In this document: piece by piece, positions 8,046 through 16,957 of the stretch
Numbering within the stretch: position 1 is the stretch's first letter
How the letters are laid out: each line of letters starts with the position of its first letter
Assembly: GCA_041169825.1 (NCBI GenBank)
Contig: JBEEIN010000220.1
Coordinates: forward strand, 1 to 32,739
Direction: 5' to 3'
From: Pseudomonadota bacterium
GTDB lineage: Bacteria; Pseudomonadota; Alphaproteobacteria; Sphingomonadales; Sphingomonadaceae
DNA: 32,739 nucleotides
Made by a program: the position numbers and the translations under genes
The notes under the pieces: model-generated
The model's input: the letters and a program-made list of their open reading frames with translations, nothing else
Told to the model about the DNA's origin: nothing
The model's database searches: none

Positions 8046-10721
8046 ATGCGCATCACTTCCGCCCTGACCACTGCCGCCAGCACCCTCGCCATCGGCGTTG
8101 CCGCGCTGAGCGCTCCGGCCTTCGCCCAGTCGACCGGCTCGATCGACTTCGAAAAGGAAATCATCGTCACCGGGACCCGTACGGGCACCCAGGCTGTCGC
8201 CGGCGTTTCCGCGCCTGACACCGCGAAGGCCAAGGCCGTCCTGACGCAGGAAAACATTGAGCGTCAGAACCCGGGCCAGACCATCCTTGACACGATCAAC
8301 CAGATCCCCGGTGTCAGCTTCCAGAACAACGACGCGTACGGTTCGTCGGGCGGTACGCTCAACATCCGCGGCTTCTCTTCGGATCGCGTCAGCCTGACCT
8401 TTGATGGCGTTCCCCTGAATGACTCGGGCAACTACGCGATCTACTCGAACCAGCAGATCGATCCGGAACTGATCGAGCAGGTCAACGTCAACCTCGGCAC
8501 CACCGATGTCGACAGCCCGACCGCCTCGGCAGCTGGTGGTACCGTTAACCTCCGTACCAAGCGTCCGGATCGTGATTTCGGCGTCATGCTGTCGGGTTCG
8601 GCTGGCCAGTTCGATTTCATGCGCATGTTCGCCAAGATCGAAACCGGTGATCTGACCGCCAGCGGCCTGCGCGCCTGGTTCTCGGCCAGCAAGGCGACGA
8701 ACGACAACCCGTTCAACAACTATGGCAAGGTCAACAAGCAGCAGTACAACGGCAAGATCTATCTGCCGCTGAAGGGCGACGACTTCATCTCGGTTTCGGG
8801 CCACTACAACCAGAACCGCAACAACTTCTTCGGTTCGCTGCCGCTGCGTCTTGATGCCAACCGCGTGGTCGGTTCGGCCAGCAGCAACCGCTTCCCGGCC
8901 AACGCCGATGAGCGCAAGTACCTGATCAACTATCCGTGCCTTATTGCCGCTCCGGTGGCTGGTGCGGCTGACGCCGCCACGACCTGCGGCACCGAGTTTG
9001 ACCGCCGTTACAACCCGTCGAACACCGGCAACATCCGCATCAACTCGCGCTTCACCCTGTCCGACAGCCTCGTCCTGACGGTTGACCCGAGCTTCCAGTA
9101 CGTGAAGGCCAATGGCGGCGGCACTGTGACCGGTCGTGAAGGCCTGCGTGACATCGACCCGACCTCAGCCGTGAACAACGTGGCAGGCTATCTCGGTGGG
9201 ACGCCGTTTTTCGGTCGTGACGTCAATGGCGATGGTGACGTTCTCGACGCCGTGACCGTGTTGGCTCCGAGCCAGACTCAGACCAAGCGCTTTGGCCTGA
9301 TCGCCGGCCTGCGCTGGGAAATGAACGAGCACAACACCTTCCGCCTCAACTACACCTTCGACCGTGCCCGTCACCGCCAGACCGGCGAAGTCGGCCTGCT
9401 TCAGATCAATGGCGAGCCGACCGACGTGTTCCCGGTCAATGCAGGTCTCAAGGACGTCAACGGCGCGATTCTGCAGAAGCGTGACCGTCTGTCCTACGCG
9501 ATCCTGAACCAGATCTCGGCGGAATACCGCGGCGAGTTCATGGATGAGCGTCTGGTCGTCACGGCTGGTGTCCGCGTGCCGTTCTTCAAGCGTGACCTGA
9601 CCAACAACTGCTTCACCAGCTCGGCGAGCGGCTTTGTTGAATGCTTCGGCAGCAACACCGCGCTGAATACTGCGGCTGCGACCCTGAATCCCTATTCGGC
9701 GACCACCAATGCCACCACGGGTGCCATTGTGGTAACTGGCTGGGCCGCCCCGCAGAACCGCGTGCTGAACTACAAGAAGGTCCTGCCGAACGTTGGCCTG
9801 GTCTATGACCTGACCGACAACCTCAGCGTCTTCGGGAACTTCTCGCAGGGTCTGTCGGTGCCGGGCACCGACAACCTGTACAACGCCTTCTACTTCCCGG
9901 CCGGCACGGCTCGCGCCAAGCCCACCCCGGAAACGACCGACAACTTCGATGCCGGTCTGCGTTACCGTTCGGGCAAGATCCAGGCTCAGGTTTCTGGCTT
10001 CTACAACCAGTTCCACGATCGCCTGGCTTCGGCCTATGATCCGGAAATCAACCAGACCGTCTATCGCAACCTCGGCAACGTGAAGAAGTACGGCTTCGAT
10101 GGCTCGATCGCCTTCCAGCCGATCGATCAGGTCACCTTCTATGCCTTCGGCAGCGTGCTGAAGTCGAAGATCCGTGACAACATCGCGGTTGGCGAAAACA
10201 GCGACGGTTCGCCGATCTATGCGCTGACCGCCGGTAAGCGCGAATCCGGTGCGCCAAAGTATACCATTGGTTTCAACGCCACGGCAGAACTGGGCCCGGT
10301 CAGCCTCGGTATCACGACCAAGCGCACGGGTGAGCGCTACGTTTACGATACCAATGAAGCGATCTACACCGGCACGCTCAACGCTTCTGGGGCCAAGGCT
10401 TGCTCCAGCGCGACCACCTGTGTTGCTCCGACCGCTGCCACCAGCCGTACGCAGATCTACGGCGCGACGGCTCCGGCCTATTGGTTGGTCAACCTGGATG
10501 CGCGCGTGAAGCTCGGCTTCCTGGGCCTCAACGACCAGACCTTCCTGCAGCTGAACGTCTACAACCTGTTCGACAAGTTCTATGTCGGCGGTTTCGGCGG
10601 CAACCTGAACCAAAGCCAGTCGTTCAACGCCACCACCGGTGTGTCGACCTATGGTTCGGTGCCGAACGTCCAGATCGGCGCCCCGCGCACGGTCAGCGGC
10701 ACCGTGGTGTTCAAGTTCTGA
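8046..10721 (+). CDS. TonB-dependent outer membrane receptor (891 aa)
   Basis: Signal peptide ending APAFA-Q, TonB box EIIVTG, plug motif LNIRGF...FDGVPLND, PETTDNFDAG, LNVYNLFDKFY, GAPRT, C-terminal F. Confidence 0.95.
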   Translation: MRITSALTTAASTLAIGVAALSAPAFAQSTGSIDFEKEIIVTGTRTGTQAVAGVSAPDTAKAKAVLTQENIERQNPGQTILDTINQIPGVSFQNNDAYGSSGGTLNIRGFSSDRVSLTFDGVPLNDSGNYAIYSNQQIDPELIEQVNVNLGTTDVDSPTASAAGGTVNLRTKRPDRDFGVMLSGSAGQFDFMRMFAKIETGDLTASGLRAWFSASKATNDNPFNNYGKVNKQQYNGKIYLPLKGDDFISVSGHYNQNRNNFFGSLPLRLDANRVVGSASSNRFPANADERKYLINYPCLIAAPVAGAADAATTCGTEFDRRYNPSNTGNIRINSRFTLSDSLVLTVDPSFQYVKANGGGTVTGREGLRDIDPTSAVNNVAGYLGGTPFFGRDVNGDGDVLDAVTVLAPSQTQTKRFGLIAGLRWEMNEHNTFRLNYTFDRARHRQTGEVGLLQINGEPTDVFPVNAGLKDVNGAILQKRDRLSYAILNQISAEYRGEFMDERLVVTAGVRVPFFKRDLTNNCFTSSASGFVECFGSNTALNTAAATLNPYSATTNATTGAIVVTGWAAPQNRVLNYKKVLPNVGLVYDLTDNLSVFGNFSQGLSVPGTDNLYNAFYFPAGTARAKPTPETTDNFDAGLRYRSGKIQAQVSGFYNQFHDRLASAYDPEINQTVYRNLGNVKKYGFDGSIAFQPIDQVTFYAFGSVLKSKIRDNIAVGENSDGSPIYALTAGKRESGAPKYTIGFNATAELGPVSLGITTKRTGERYVYDTNEAIYTGTLNASGAKACSSATTCVAPTAATSRTQIYGATAPAYWLVNLDARVKLGFLGLNDQTFLQLNVYNLFDKFYVGGFGGNLNQSQSFNATTGVSTYGSVPNVQIGAPRTVSGTVVFKF

Positions 10722-10749
10722 TCGATCCAATCAGTTCAACCAGACAAGG

Positions 10750-10780
10750 GAAAGGGGCGCTGCGGCGCCCCTTTCTTTTT
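10750..10780 (+). terminator. Strong intrinsic terminator after the TonB receptor
   Basis: GAAAGGGGCGC-TGCG-GCGCCCCTTTC followed by TTTTT. Confidence 0.9.
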
Positions 10781-10798
10781 GCCTACGCCTAAGCCGGT

Positions 10799-11524
10799 TC
10801 AGCGGTAAACGCAGCTGTCCAACGCCGCATTGCGGACCACACCGCTACGGGCGGCGATGGCATTGCCATGGCGGCGGGTGAAGCCTTTGGCGCCGGTTAC
10901 GGCACGCTTCTTGGGGCTGGGCAGGGCCGCTGCGATCCGCGCGGCTTCAACCCGGCTAAGCCGCGCCGCACTTTTCTTGTAGTAGCGTTGTGCCCCGGCC
11001 TCGACGCCGTAGGTCCCGATCCCGGTTTCGGCGACATTGAGGTATACCTCCATGATCCGCCGTTTGCCCCAGACATTCTCGATCAGGAAAGTGAACCACA
11101 CTTCCAGACCCTTGCGAGCATAGCGATCCCAGCCCCAGCCCTGCCACAGGAACACGTTCTTGGCCGTTTGCTGGCTGATCGTTGAGCCGCCCCGCAACTT
11201 GCCGCCGCGCTGGTTGCGCTCGATCGCCTGGGCAATCGCATCCTGGTCAAAACCGTGATGGGTGCAGAACTTCGCATCCTCGCCGGCAATCACGGCGGCG
11301 ACCATGTTTCGGTCAATTCGGCTGAGTGGGGTCCAGTCCTTTTCGATGCCGTTCGGATCGCTGATCATCGTGATCGTGATCGGGACCGGCACAAATTTAT
11401 AGATCAGCGTCAGGCCCAGGCTGATGGCCACGAACCAGACGATGAACCGGCTGATCCACCAGCCTGTTCGGTAAGCAAAGCCGCTTTGTGCGGTGGGGCG
11501 GGCGGGCGTAAGATAGCGCATCAT
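10799..11524 (-). CDS. mtgA: Monofunctional peptidoglycan transglycosylase
   Basis: GT51 motifs EDAKFCTHHGFD, GGSTISQQTAKN, RK.LE, KRRIMEVYLN; N-terminal TM segment. Confidence 0.95.
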   Translation of the reverse strand: MMRYLTPARPTAQSGFAYRTGWWISRFIVWFVAISLGLTLIYKFVPVPITITMISDPNGIEKDWTPLSRIDRNMVAAVIAGEDAKFCTHHGFDQDAIAQAIERNQRGGKLRGGSTISQQTAKNVFLWQGWGWDRYARKGLEVWFTFLIENVWGKRRIMEVYLNVAETGIGTYGVEAGAQRYYKKSAARLSRVEAARIAAALPSPKKRAVTGAKGFTRRHGNAIAARSGVVRNAALDSCVYR

Positions 11525-11531
11525 CGCCTAT

Positions 11532-11560
11532 AGGCTAGCGCGAGAGCCGCGCCGCGCCAA
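11532..11560 (-). promoter_or_regulatory. Putative sigma70 promoter giving a leaderless mtgA mRNA
   Basis: Minus strand TTGGCG-N17-TAGCCT-N7-ATG. Confidence 0.5.
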
Positions 11561-11587
11561 TCCTTTGGCGCCGCGCGGCTTTACGAG

Positions 11588-12508
11588 TCACGCGGCCGGC
11601 AGCAGGCGCCGGTCATTGGCAATGCGCAGCATTGCCTTTTGCAGCTTTTCAAACGCACGCACTTCGATCTGGCGCACGCGTTCGCGGCTGACCTGGTATT
11701 CCTGGCTCAACTCTTCGAGCGTTTGCGGCTCGTCGATCAGCCGACGCTGGGTCAGGATATGGCGCTCACGCTCGTTCAGCGTCGCCAGTGCCTCCGCCAG
11801 CAGTGCATGGCGCATCCCGGCCTCTTCCAGATCAGCGACGGTTTCATCCTGCAGCGGACGGTCATCCTGCAACAGGTCCTGCCACTGGCCTTCGCCTTCA
11901 TCGTTGAACGAGACGTTGAGCGATGCGTCGCCACCCATCATCATCCGGCGGTTCATGTTGACGACTTCGGTCTCTGACACGCCCAGCTTGGTGGCGATGG
12001 TTTTCACATCATCGGGGTGCAGGTCGCTGTCCTCGTAAGCGTCGAGGTTCTTCTTCATCCGCCGGAGGTTGAAGAACAGCTTCTTCTGCGCCGCGGTGGT
12101 GCCCATTTTTACAAGGCTCCACGAGCGCAGGATGAATTCCTGCATCGAAGCCTTGATCCACCACATAGCATAGGTCGCCAGACGGAAACCGCGATCGGGT
12201 TCGAATTTCTTGACGCCCTGCATCAGGCCAATGTTGCCTTCGGCAATCAGCTCGGACACCGGCAGGCCGTAGCCGCGGTATCCCATAGCAATCTTGGCCA
12301 CGAGCCGCAGGTGGCTGGTCACCAACTGCTTGGCCGCATCGGGATCCTGATGCTCCTGATAGCGCTTGGCTAGCATGTATTCCTGCTCAGCCGTCAGCAC
12401 CGGAAACTTCCGGATTTCAGCCAGATAGCGGTTAAGACCCTGCTCGGCGCCCAGGCTGGGCACGTTAACACCGCCGGTGGCGGGCAGGTTGCGCTTCTTC
12501 TCGGACAT
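11588..12508 (-). CDS. rpoH: RNA polymerase sigma-32 factor
   Basis: SHLRLVAKIA, EGNIGLMQGVKKFEP, RpoH box QKKLFFNLR, region 4 VSRERVRQIE. Confidence 0.97.
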   Translation of the reverse strand: MSEKKRNLPATGGVNVPSLGAEQGLNRYLAEIRKFPVLTAEQEYMLAKRYQEHQDPDAAKQLVTSHLRLVAKIAMGYRGYGLPVSELIAEGNIGLMQGVKKFEPDRGFRLATYAMWWIKASMQEFILRSWSLVKMGTTAAQKKLFFNLRRMKKNLDAYEDSDLHPDDVKTIATKLGVSETEVVNMNRRMMMGGDASLNVSFNDEGEGQWQDLLQDDRPLQDETVADLEEAGMRHALLAEALATLNERERHILTQRRLIDEPQTLEELSQEYQVSRERVRQIEVRAFEKLQKAMLRIANDRRLLPAA

Positions 12509-12595
12509 TCGACTAACCGTCCTTTCATTGTCGGCTTGCCGTTAAGGGACCCTATAGAGGCATCCCCGGGTGGCGGCCACACAGACTTTCTAGTT

Positions 12596-12624
12596 ACTAT
12601 AATCGTTCAACTTTGGTTCCTCAA
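12596..12624 (-). promoter_or_regulatory. Putative sigma70 promoter of rpoH overlapping the rluD 3' end
   Basis: Minus strand TTGAGG-N17-TATAGT. Confidence 0.45.
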
Positions 12625-13560
12625 TTCGACCAACAGCCCCGCCATGTCGGCAGGCAGCGCAGAAGCATGGCTTTGCGCCTCCCCCGTAACGGGATGGATG
12701 AAGCCCAGCTCTGCTGCGTGCAGAGCCTGCCGGGCGAAGTGAAGCTGGGTGAGAATCGGCTTAAGTCGCTGCGGATTACGTCCATAAACAGGATCGCCCA
12801 ATAGCGAATGGCCGATTGATGCCATATGAACGCGCACCTGGTGGGTCCGTCCGGTTTCAAGCCGGCATTCGACCAGGGCTGCGGAAGCAAGCGTCTCGAT
12901 CAGTCGGTAGTGCGTGACGGCATGCTTGCCGCGTTTGTTCAATTCGTGAAGCACGGCCATCTTCTTGCGATCGTGATCGGATCGCCCGATGTGGCCGCTA
13001 ACCGTGCCTGAGGGCTGTTTAGGTACGCCCGCTACGATGGCCAGATAGGCGCGATGGATCGAGTGGTCGGCAAACTGCTTGGCCAGCCCTTCATGCGCGG
13101 CATCGGTCTTGGCGACGACCAGCAGGCCCGACGTCTCCTTGTCGATCCGATGGACGATGCCGGGGCGGGCAACCCCGCCAATACCTGAAAGCTGGCCCTG
13201 GCAATGGTGCAACAGGGCATTGACCAGCGTACCATCAAGATTGCCTGCTGCTGGATGGACCACCAGACCTGCCGGCTTGTCCACCACGATCAGATGTTCG
13301 TCCTCGAACACGATGGAAAGGGGGATGTCCTGGGCAATCGCTTCCGCCGGTGCTGTTGCGGGCACGGCTATCGCAAAGGCGGTACCGGCGGCGGGCTTGA
13401 GGCTCGCCTGGCTGGCCGCAATGCCATCCAGCGCGACGCGGCCTTCGCCCATCAGCGTCTTGATCCGCTCGCGCGACAGGCCGCTCGCCAGGCTCAACGC
13501 CTTGTCGAGCCGCTCGCCGCCCGGCAGCGTGCCGGAAATGATGCGTTCCTCCCCGTTCAT
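12607..13560 (-). CDS. rluD: RluA/RluD family 23S rRNA pseudouridine synthase
   Basis: N-terminal S4 domain (RLDKAL...SRERIK), VDKPAGLVVHP, catalytic HRIDKETSG, LETGRTHQVRVH, RQALHA. rluD-rpoH adjacency is typical of alphaproteobacteria. Confidence 0.92.
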   Translation of the reverse strand: MNGEERIISGTLPGGERLDKALSLASGLSRERIKTLMGEGRVALDGIAASQASLKPAAGTAFAIAVPATAPAEAIAQDIPLSIVFEDEHLIVVDKPAGLVVHPAAGNLDGTLVNALLHHCQGQLSGIGGVARPGIVHRIDKETSGLLVVAKTDAAHEGLAKQFADHSIHRAYLAIVAGVPKQPSGTVSGHIGRSDHDRKKMAVLHELNKRGKHAVTHYRLIETLASAALVECRLETGRTHQVRVHMASIGHSLLGDPVYGRNPQRLKPILTQLHFARQALHAAELGFIHPVTGEAQSHASALPADMAGLLVELRNQS

Positions 13561-13577
13561 TGCTAAGCCAGATGGCG

Positions 13578-13973
13578 ATGGAAACGGCGGTGACAAGTGG
13601 CGCGAATGCCACACTCCTGACAGAAGCGGCAAAGGCCTATCCTCTGGAGGCCTGCGGTCTGCTGCTGGGGCAGGGGGATGTAATCATGGAGGCCGCGCCT
13701 GTCCGCAACGTTCATGCGGACCCTGCTCGGCATTTCGAACTAGATCCTGCGGCACTGATCGCTGCCCACCGGGCAGCACGGGAAGGCGGCCTGCAAGTGT
13801 TGGGCTATTACCATTCACACCCGACCGGCTCGACCAGCCCCTCCACAACTGACCAGGCAGCGGCCAGCGGCGATGGCCGGATCTGGGCCATTGTCGCCGG
13901 TGCTGCGATCGGCTGGTGGCGCGATGCGCCGGGCGGGTTCGAACCGCTTCCCCTAAGACTCGTCGCAAGTTAA
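13578..13973 (+). CDS. JAB/MPN (M67 family) metallopeptidase; alternative start 13572
   Basis: EACGLLLG...YHSHP...PS..D JAMM motif. Confidence 0.88.
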   Translation: METAVTSGANATLLTEAAKAYPLEACGLLLGQGDVIMEAAPVRNVHADPARHFELDPAALIAAHRAAREGGLQVLGYYHSHPTGSTSPSTTDQAAASGDGRIWAIVAGAAIGWWRDAPGGFEPLPLRLVAS

Positions 13974-13999
13974 GGAGAGGCAAAGGAGTTCTGAACCGC

Positions 14000-14656
14000 A
14001 TGACCGACCATTCGCTCGACACCATTGGTTTGGACCTTGCCAGCCTACTCGCCTCGCGGCTGTGCCATGACCTGTTGAGCCCGGTCGGCGCGTTGACCAA
14101 CGGCCTCGAACTTCTCGCGGACGAGAAGGACCCGGAAATGCGCAAGCGGTGCTTCGAACTGCTGGAGCAGAGCGCCCGGATCAGTGCCGACAAGCTCAAG
14201 TTCTTCCGACTGGCCTTTGGCGCCGCGGGCGGCTTTGGTGAGAGCGTGGCGGTTGAAGAGGCGAAGCAGCTGGTCAATGCCCTGGCTGCCAACAATGCAC
14301 GCGTCACGGTCAACTGGGCGCTGGGTGTGGCAAGTCTGCCCAAGCCCGCGATCAAGGTGCTGCTCAACTTTGCGCTGCTGGGGATGGAAGCCCTGGTGCG
14401 CGGCGGCACCCTGGACATCGGGGCGGAAAACCGTGGCGGCGCCAGCGAGATCGTGGTTCGCGCTGCCGGTCCGAAGATCGCATTCGACCAAGACATCGGC
14501 AAGGCACTGGAAGGTGATCTGGGTGCTGGCGGGCTAACCAGCCGCAACGCCGCTGCCTTCATGCTCTATCACATCGCCGCGCGCCAAGGCGGGGGCCTGC
14601 AATTCGTGCTGAGCGAGGACGCGCTGGTGCTTGGCGCGGTGCTGCCAGAGGGCTGA
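14000..14656 (+). CDS. chpT: Histidine phosphotransferase ChpT
   Basis: LASRLCHDLLSPVGA, KLKFFRLAFGAAG, degenerate CA domain (ALVRGG); AAGGAG SD upstream. Confidence 0.92.
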   Translation: MTDHSLDTIGLDLASLLASRLCHDLLSPVGALTNGLELLADEKDPEMRKRCFELLEQSARISADKLKFFRLAFGAAGGFGESVAVEEAKQLVNALAANNARVTVNWALGVASLPKPAIKVLLNFALLGMEALVRGGTLDIGAENRGGASEIVVRAAGPKIAFDQDIGKALEGDLGAGGLTSRNAAAFMLYHIAARQGGGLQFVLSEDALVLGAVLPEG

Positions 14657-14660
14657 CGGC

Positions 14661-15362
14661 TTGCGCGAGCTGATCCACTTTGAGACGCCCTCGCCCAATT
14701 GGAATGAGCGGCAATTGCCTGTCTCGATGGTGGTGCTCCACTATACCGGGATGGAGAGTGCCGAGGCCGCGCTTGAACGGCTATGCGATGAGGCAGCGCA
14801 GGTTTCCGCCCATTACCTGATAGAGGAAGACGGCACGGTCCACCGACTGGTCCGGGAGGATCGCCGCGCCTGGCATGCGGGCAAGAGCCATTGGCGCGGG
14901 ATCACCGACGTCAATTCCGCCAGCGTCGGGATCGAGCTGGTCAATCCCGGCCACGAGTTCGGCTATCGCCCGTTCCCGGATGAGCAGATGGCCGCCCTGC
15001 TGCCCTTGCTGGCGGAAATCGTCCAACGCCATGACATCCCCCGTGCCAACGTGGTGGCGCATTCCGATGTTGCCCCGGCACGCAAAGAGGATCCGGGCGA
15101 ACTGTTTGACTGGGATCTGCTCGCTGCGCACCGCCTCGCGCTCAAGACCCCGCGGGTGACGATGCCATCGCCATTTGACAACGATGGGGCGTTCTTCCTG
15201 GCCCTTGAGCGTTGGGGCTATGACATTTCCGACCAGGCGGCGGCGGTTCGCGCATTTCAGCGCCGCTGGCGGCCGCACATCATCGACGGGCAGGTCGACG
15301 GCGAGTGTTCGGCGATCCTGTTTGCGCTGTTGCTGGATCGCGATGCTGGAAAGACGCGCTAG
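14661..15362 (+). CDS. N-acetylmuramoyl-L-alanine amidase (Amidase_2, AmpD/AmiD-like) with C-terminal PG-binding motif
   Basis: SPNWNER, VLHYT, VSAHYLI, RAWHAG, SVGIELVN, HSDVAPARKEDPG, AFQRRWRP...DGQVD; TTG start at 14661 is inferred. Confidence 0.92.
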   Translation: MRELIHFETPSPNWNERQLPVSMVVLHYTGMESAEAALERLCDEAAQVSAHYLIEEDGTVHRLVREDRRAWHAGKSHWRGITDVNSASVGIELVNPGHEFGYRPFPDEQMAALLPLLAEIVQRHDIPRANVVAHSDVAPARKEDPGELFDWDLLAAHRLALKTPRVTMPSPFDNDGAFFLALERWGYDISDQAAAVRAFQRRWRPHIIDGQVDGECSAILFALLLDRDAGKTR

Positions 15363-15370
15363 GCGTTCAG

Positions 15371-15874
15371 TCAGGCTGTGAGCGGCCGCGCGAGCGGAAA
15401 ATGCAGGATTGCCGCGATCGGTGCAGCCGGATTGGCCACGCCGTTCGCAACATTATCCGCCAGAGCGACCAGGGCCCGCTCATGATCACCCATAAACTGG
15501 GCAATCCTGGCAGCCTCTGCATCTTCATCTGCTGAAACGAGAGTGGCCAGCTCCTCGTAACGCGGCAGGTAATTGGTCCGGACGACTTCACCCAAAGCGA
15601 TGAACCGCTCCTGCCAAGGCAGGGCATTGATTTGTTCCGCCGCCGCCGCGCCACCGGCGCTGGTACCCTCGACATCAAGCAGGGGTAGGCCCAGCCGCGA
15701 TATGAGTGGCCGCATCAGCGCCTTGCCCTCGGTCTCTGCCTGCAGGAGCGAGCCCAGAACATACCTCTGTTCGTTGTTTTCCGCTTTGGCCAGCATAATT
15801 TCAAAAGCGGCTTCGCCGGCGTGCTCGCCCAGGTAGACGTCAAGCAGACAATCTCGAAACAGAGACGATACCAT
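15371..15874 (-). CDS. Hypothetical protein, probable ferritin-like four-helix bundle (167 aa)
   Basis: ATG 15874 with GGAAGGGG SD; helical sequence with spaced YLGE, AETE, YEEL and DHE motifs. The fold is inferred. Confidence 0.65.
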   Translation of the reverse strand: MVSSLFRDCLLDVYLGEHAGEAAFEIMLAKAENNEQRYVLGSLLQAETEGKALMRPLISRLGLPLLDVEGTSAGGAAAAEQINALPWQERFIALGEVVRTNYLPRYEELATLVSADEDAEAARIAQFMGDHERALVALADNVANGVANPAAPIAAILHFPLARPLTA

Positions 15875-15982
15875 CAAAGATTCCCCTTCCATGCCAGAGA
15901 ACTGACGTCCGCAGCCTAATTGACCTTCGATCCGCGAAGAATAGGCGTAGTTACTATAATTGGTCGGTTTTTTCGGCTTAGC

Positions 15983-16011
15983 TTGCGCCGCTTGGGCCAT
16001 TCCCTTAAACG
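15983..16011 (+). promoter_or_regulatory. Putative sigma70 promoter of rnpB
   Basis: TTGCGC-N17-TAAACG, 7 nt before the P1 helix start. Confidence 0.55.
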
Positions 16012-16018
16012 CTGCATC

Positions 16019-16454
<436 letters not shown>

Positions 16455-16576
16455 TTTTCGTTACCATCATGGCACAGTGGGGTTGCTGCATCGCATGGCT
16501 GTCATATCATCCTTTCGATGATCCATTCTCCAACCGTTGGACTGAATTCGGCCGCTCCTGCCGGGGCGGCACAGCG

Positions 16577-16957
16577 ATGAGGAATGGGCTCCTCCGCGGC
16601 AAGCGGGTGCTGGTGCTAGAGGATGAACCAATCATCGCCATGCTGCTCGATGAGCTGATCGAGACAGCGGGCGGCGAGGCCACGTGTGTGACCAGTCTTG
16701 AGGCCGCTGCCGCTGCGCTGGCACAGTCGCGACCCGATGCGGCTGTCCTGGATATCAACGTTCAGAACCGGCCGAGCTTTGACCTGGCCCGGCGGCTTGT
16801 CGACCTGGCCGTACCGGTCATTTTCGCCAGCGGCTATCGCAAGGCGTTGGTTCCGGAGGACCTGAAATCCGTCCCGATCGTCACCAAGCCTTATGGCCTG
16901 GACGATCTGGACCATGCCTTTCACGAAGCGATCGCCCGCGTCGGCCGCCAGCCCTAG
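16577..16957 (+). CDS. Single-domain response regulator, FAT GUY (SdrG/MrrA-like) type
   Basis: VLVLEDE, phospho-Asp in AAVLDIN, PVIFASGY (PFxFA[T/S]GY-like), KPY; no output domain. Confidence 0.88.
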   Translation: MRNGLLRGKRVLVLEDEPIIAMLLDELIETAGGEATCVTSLEAAAAALAQSRPDAAVLDINVQNRPSFDLARRLVDLAVPVIFASGYRKALVPEDLKSVPIVTKPYGLDDLDHAFHEAIARVGRQP

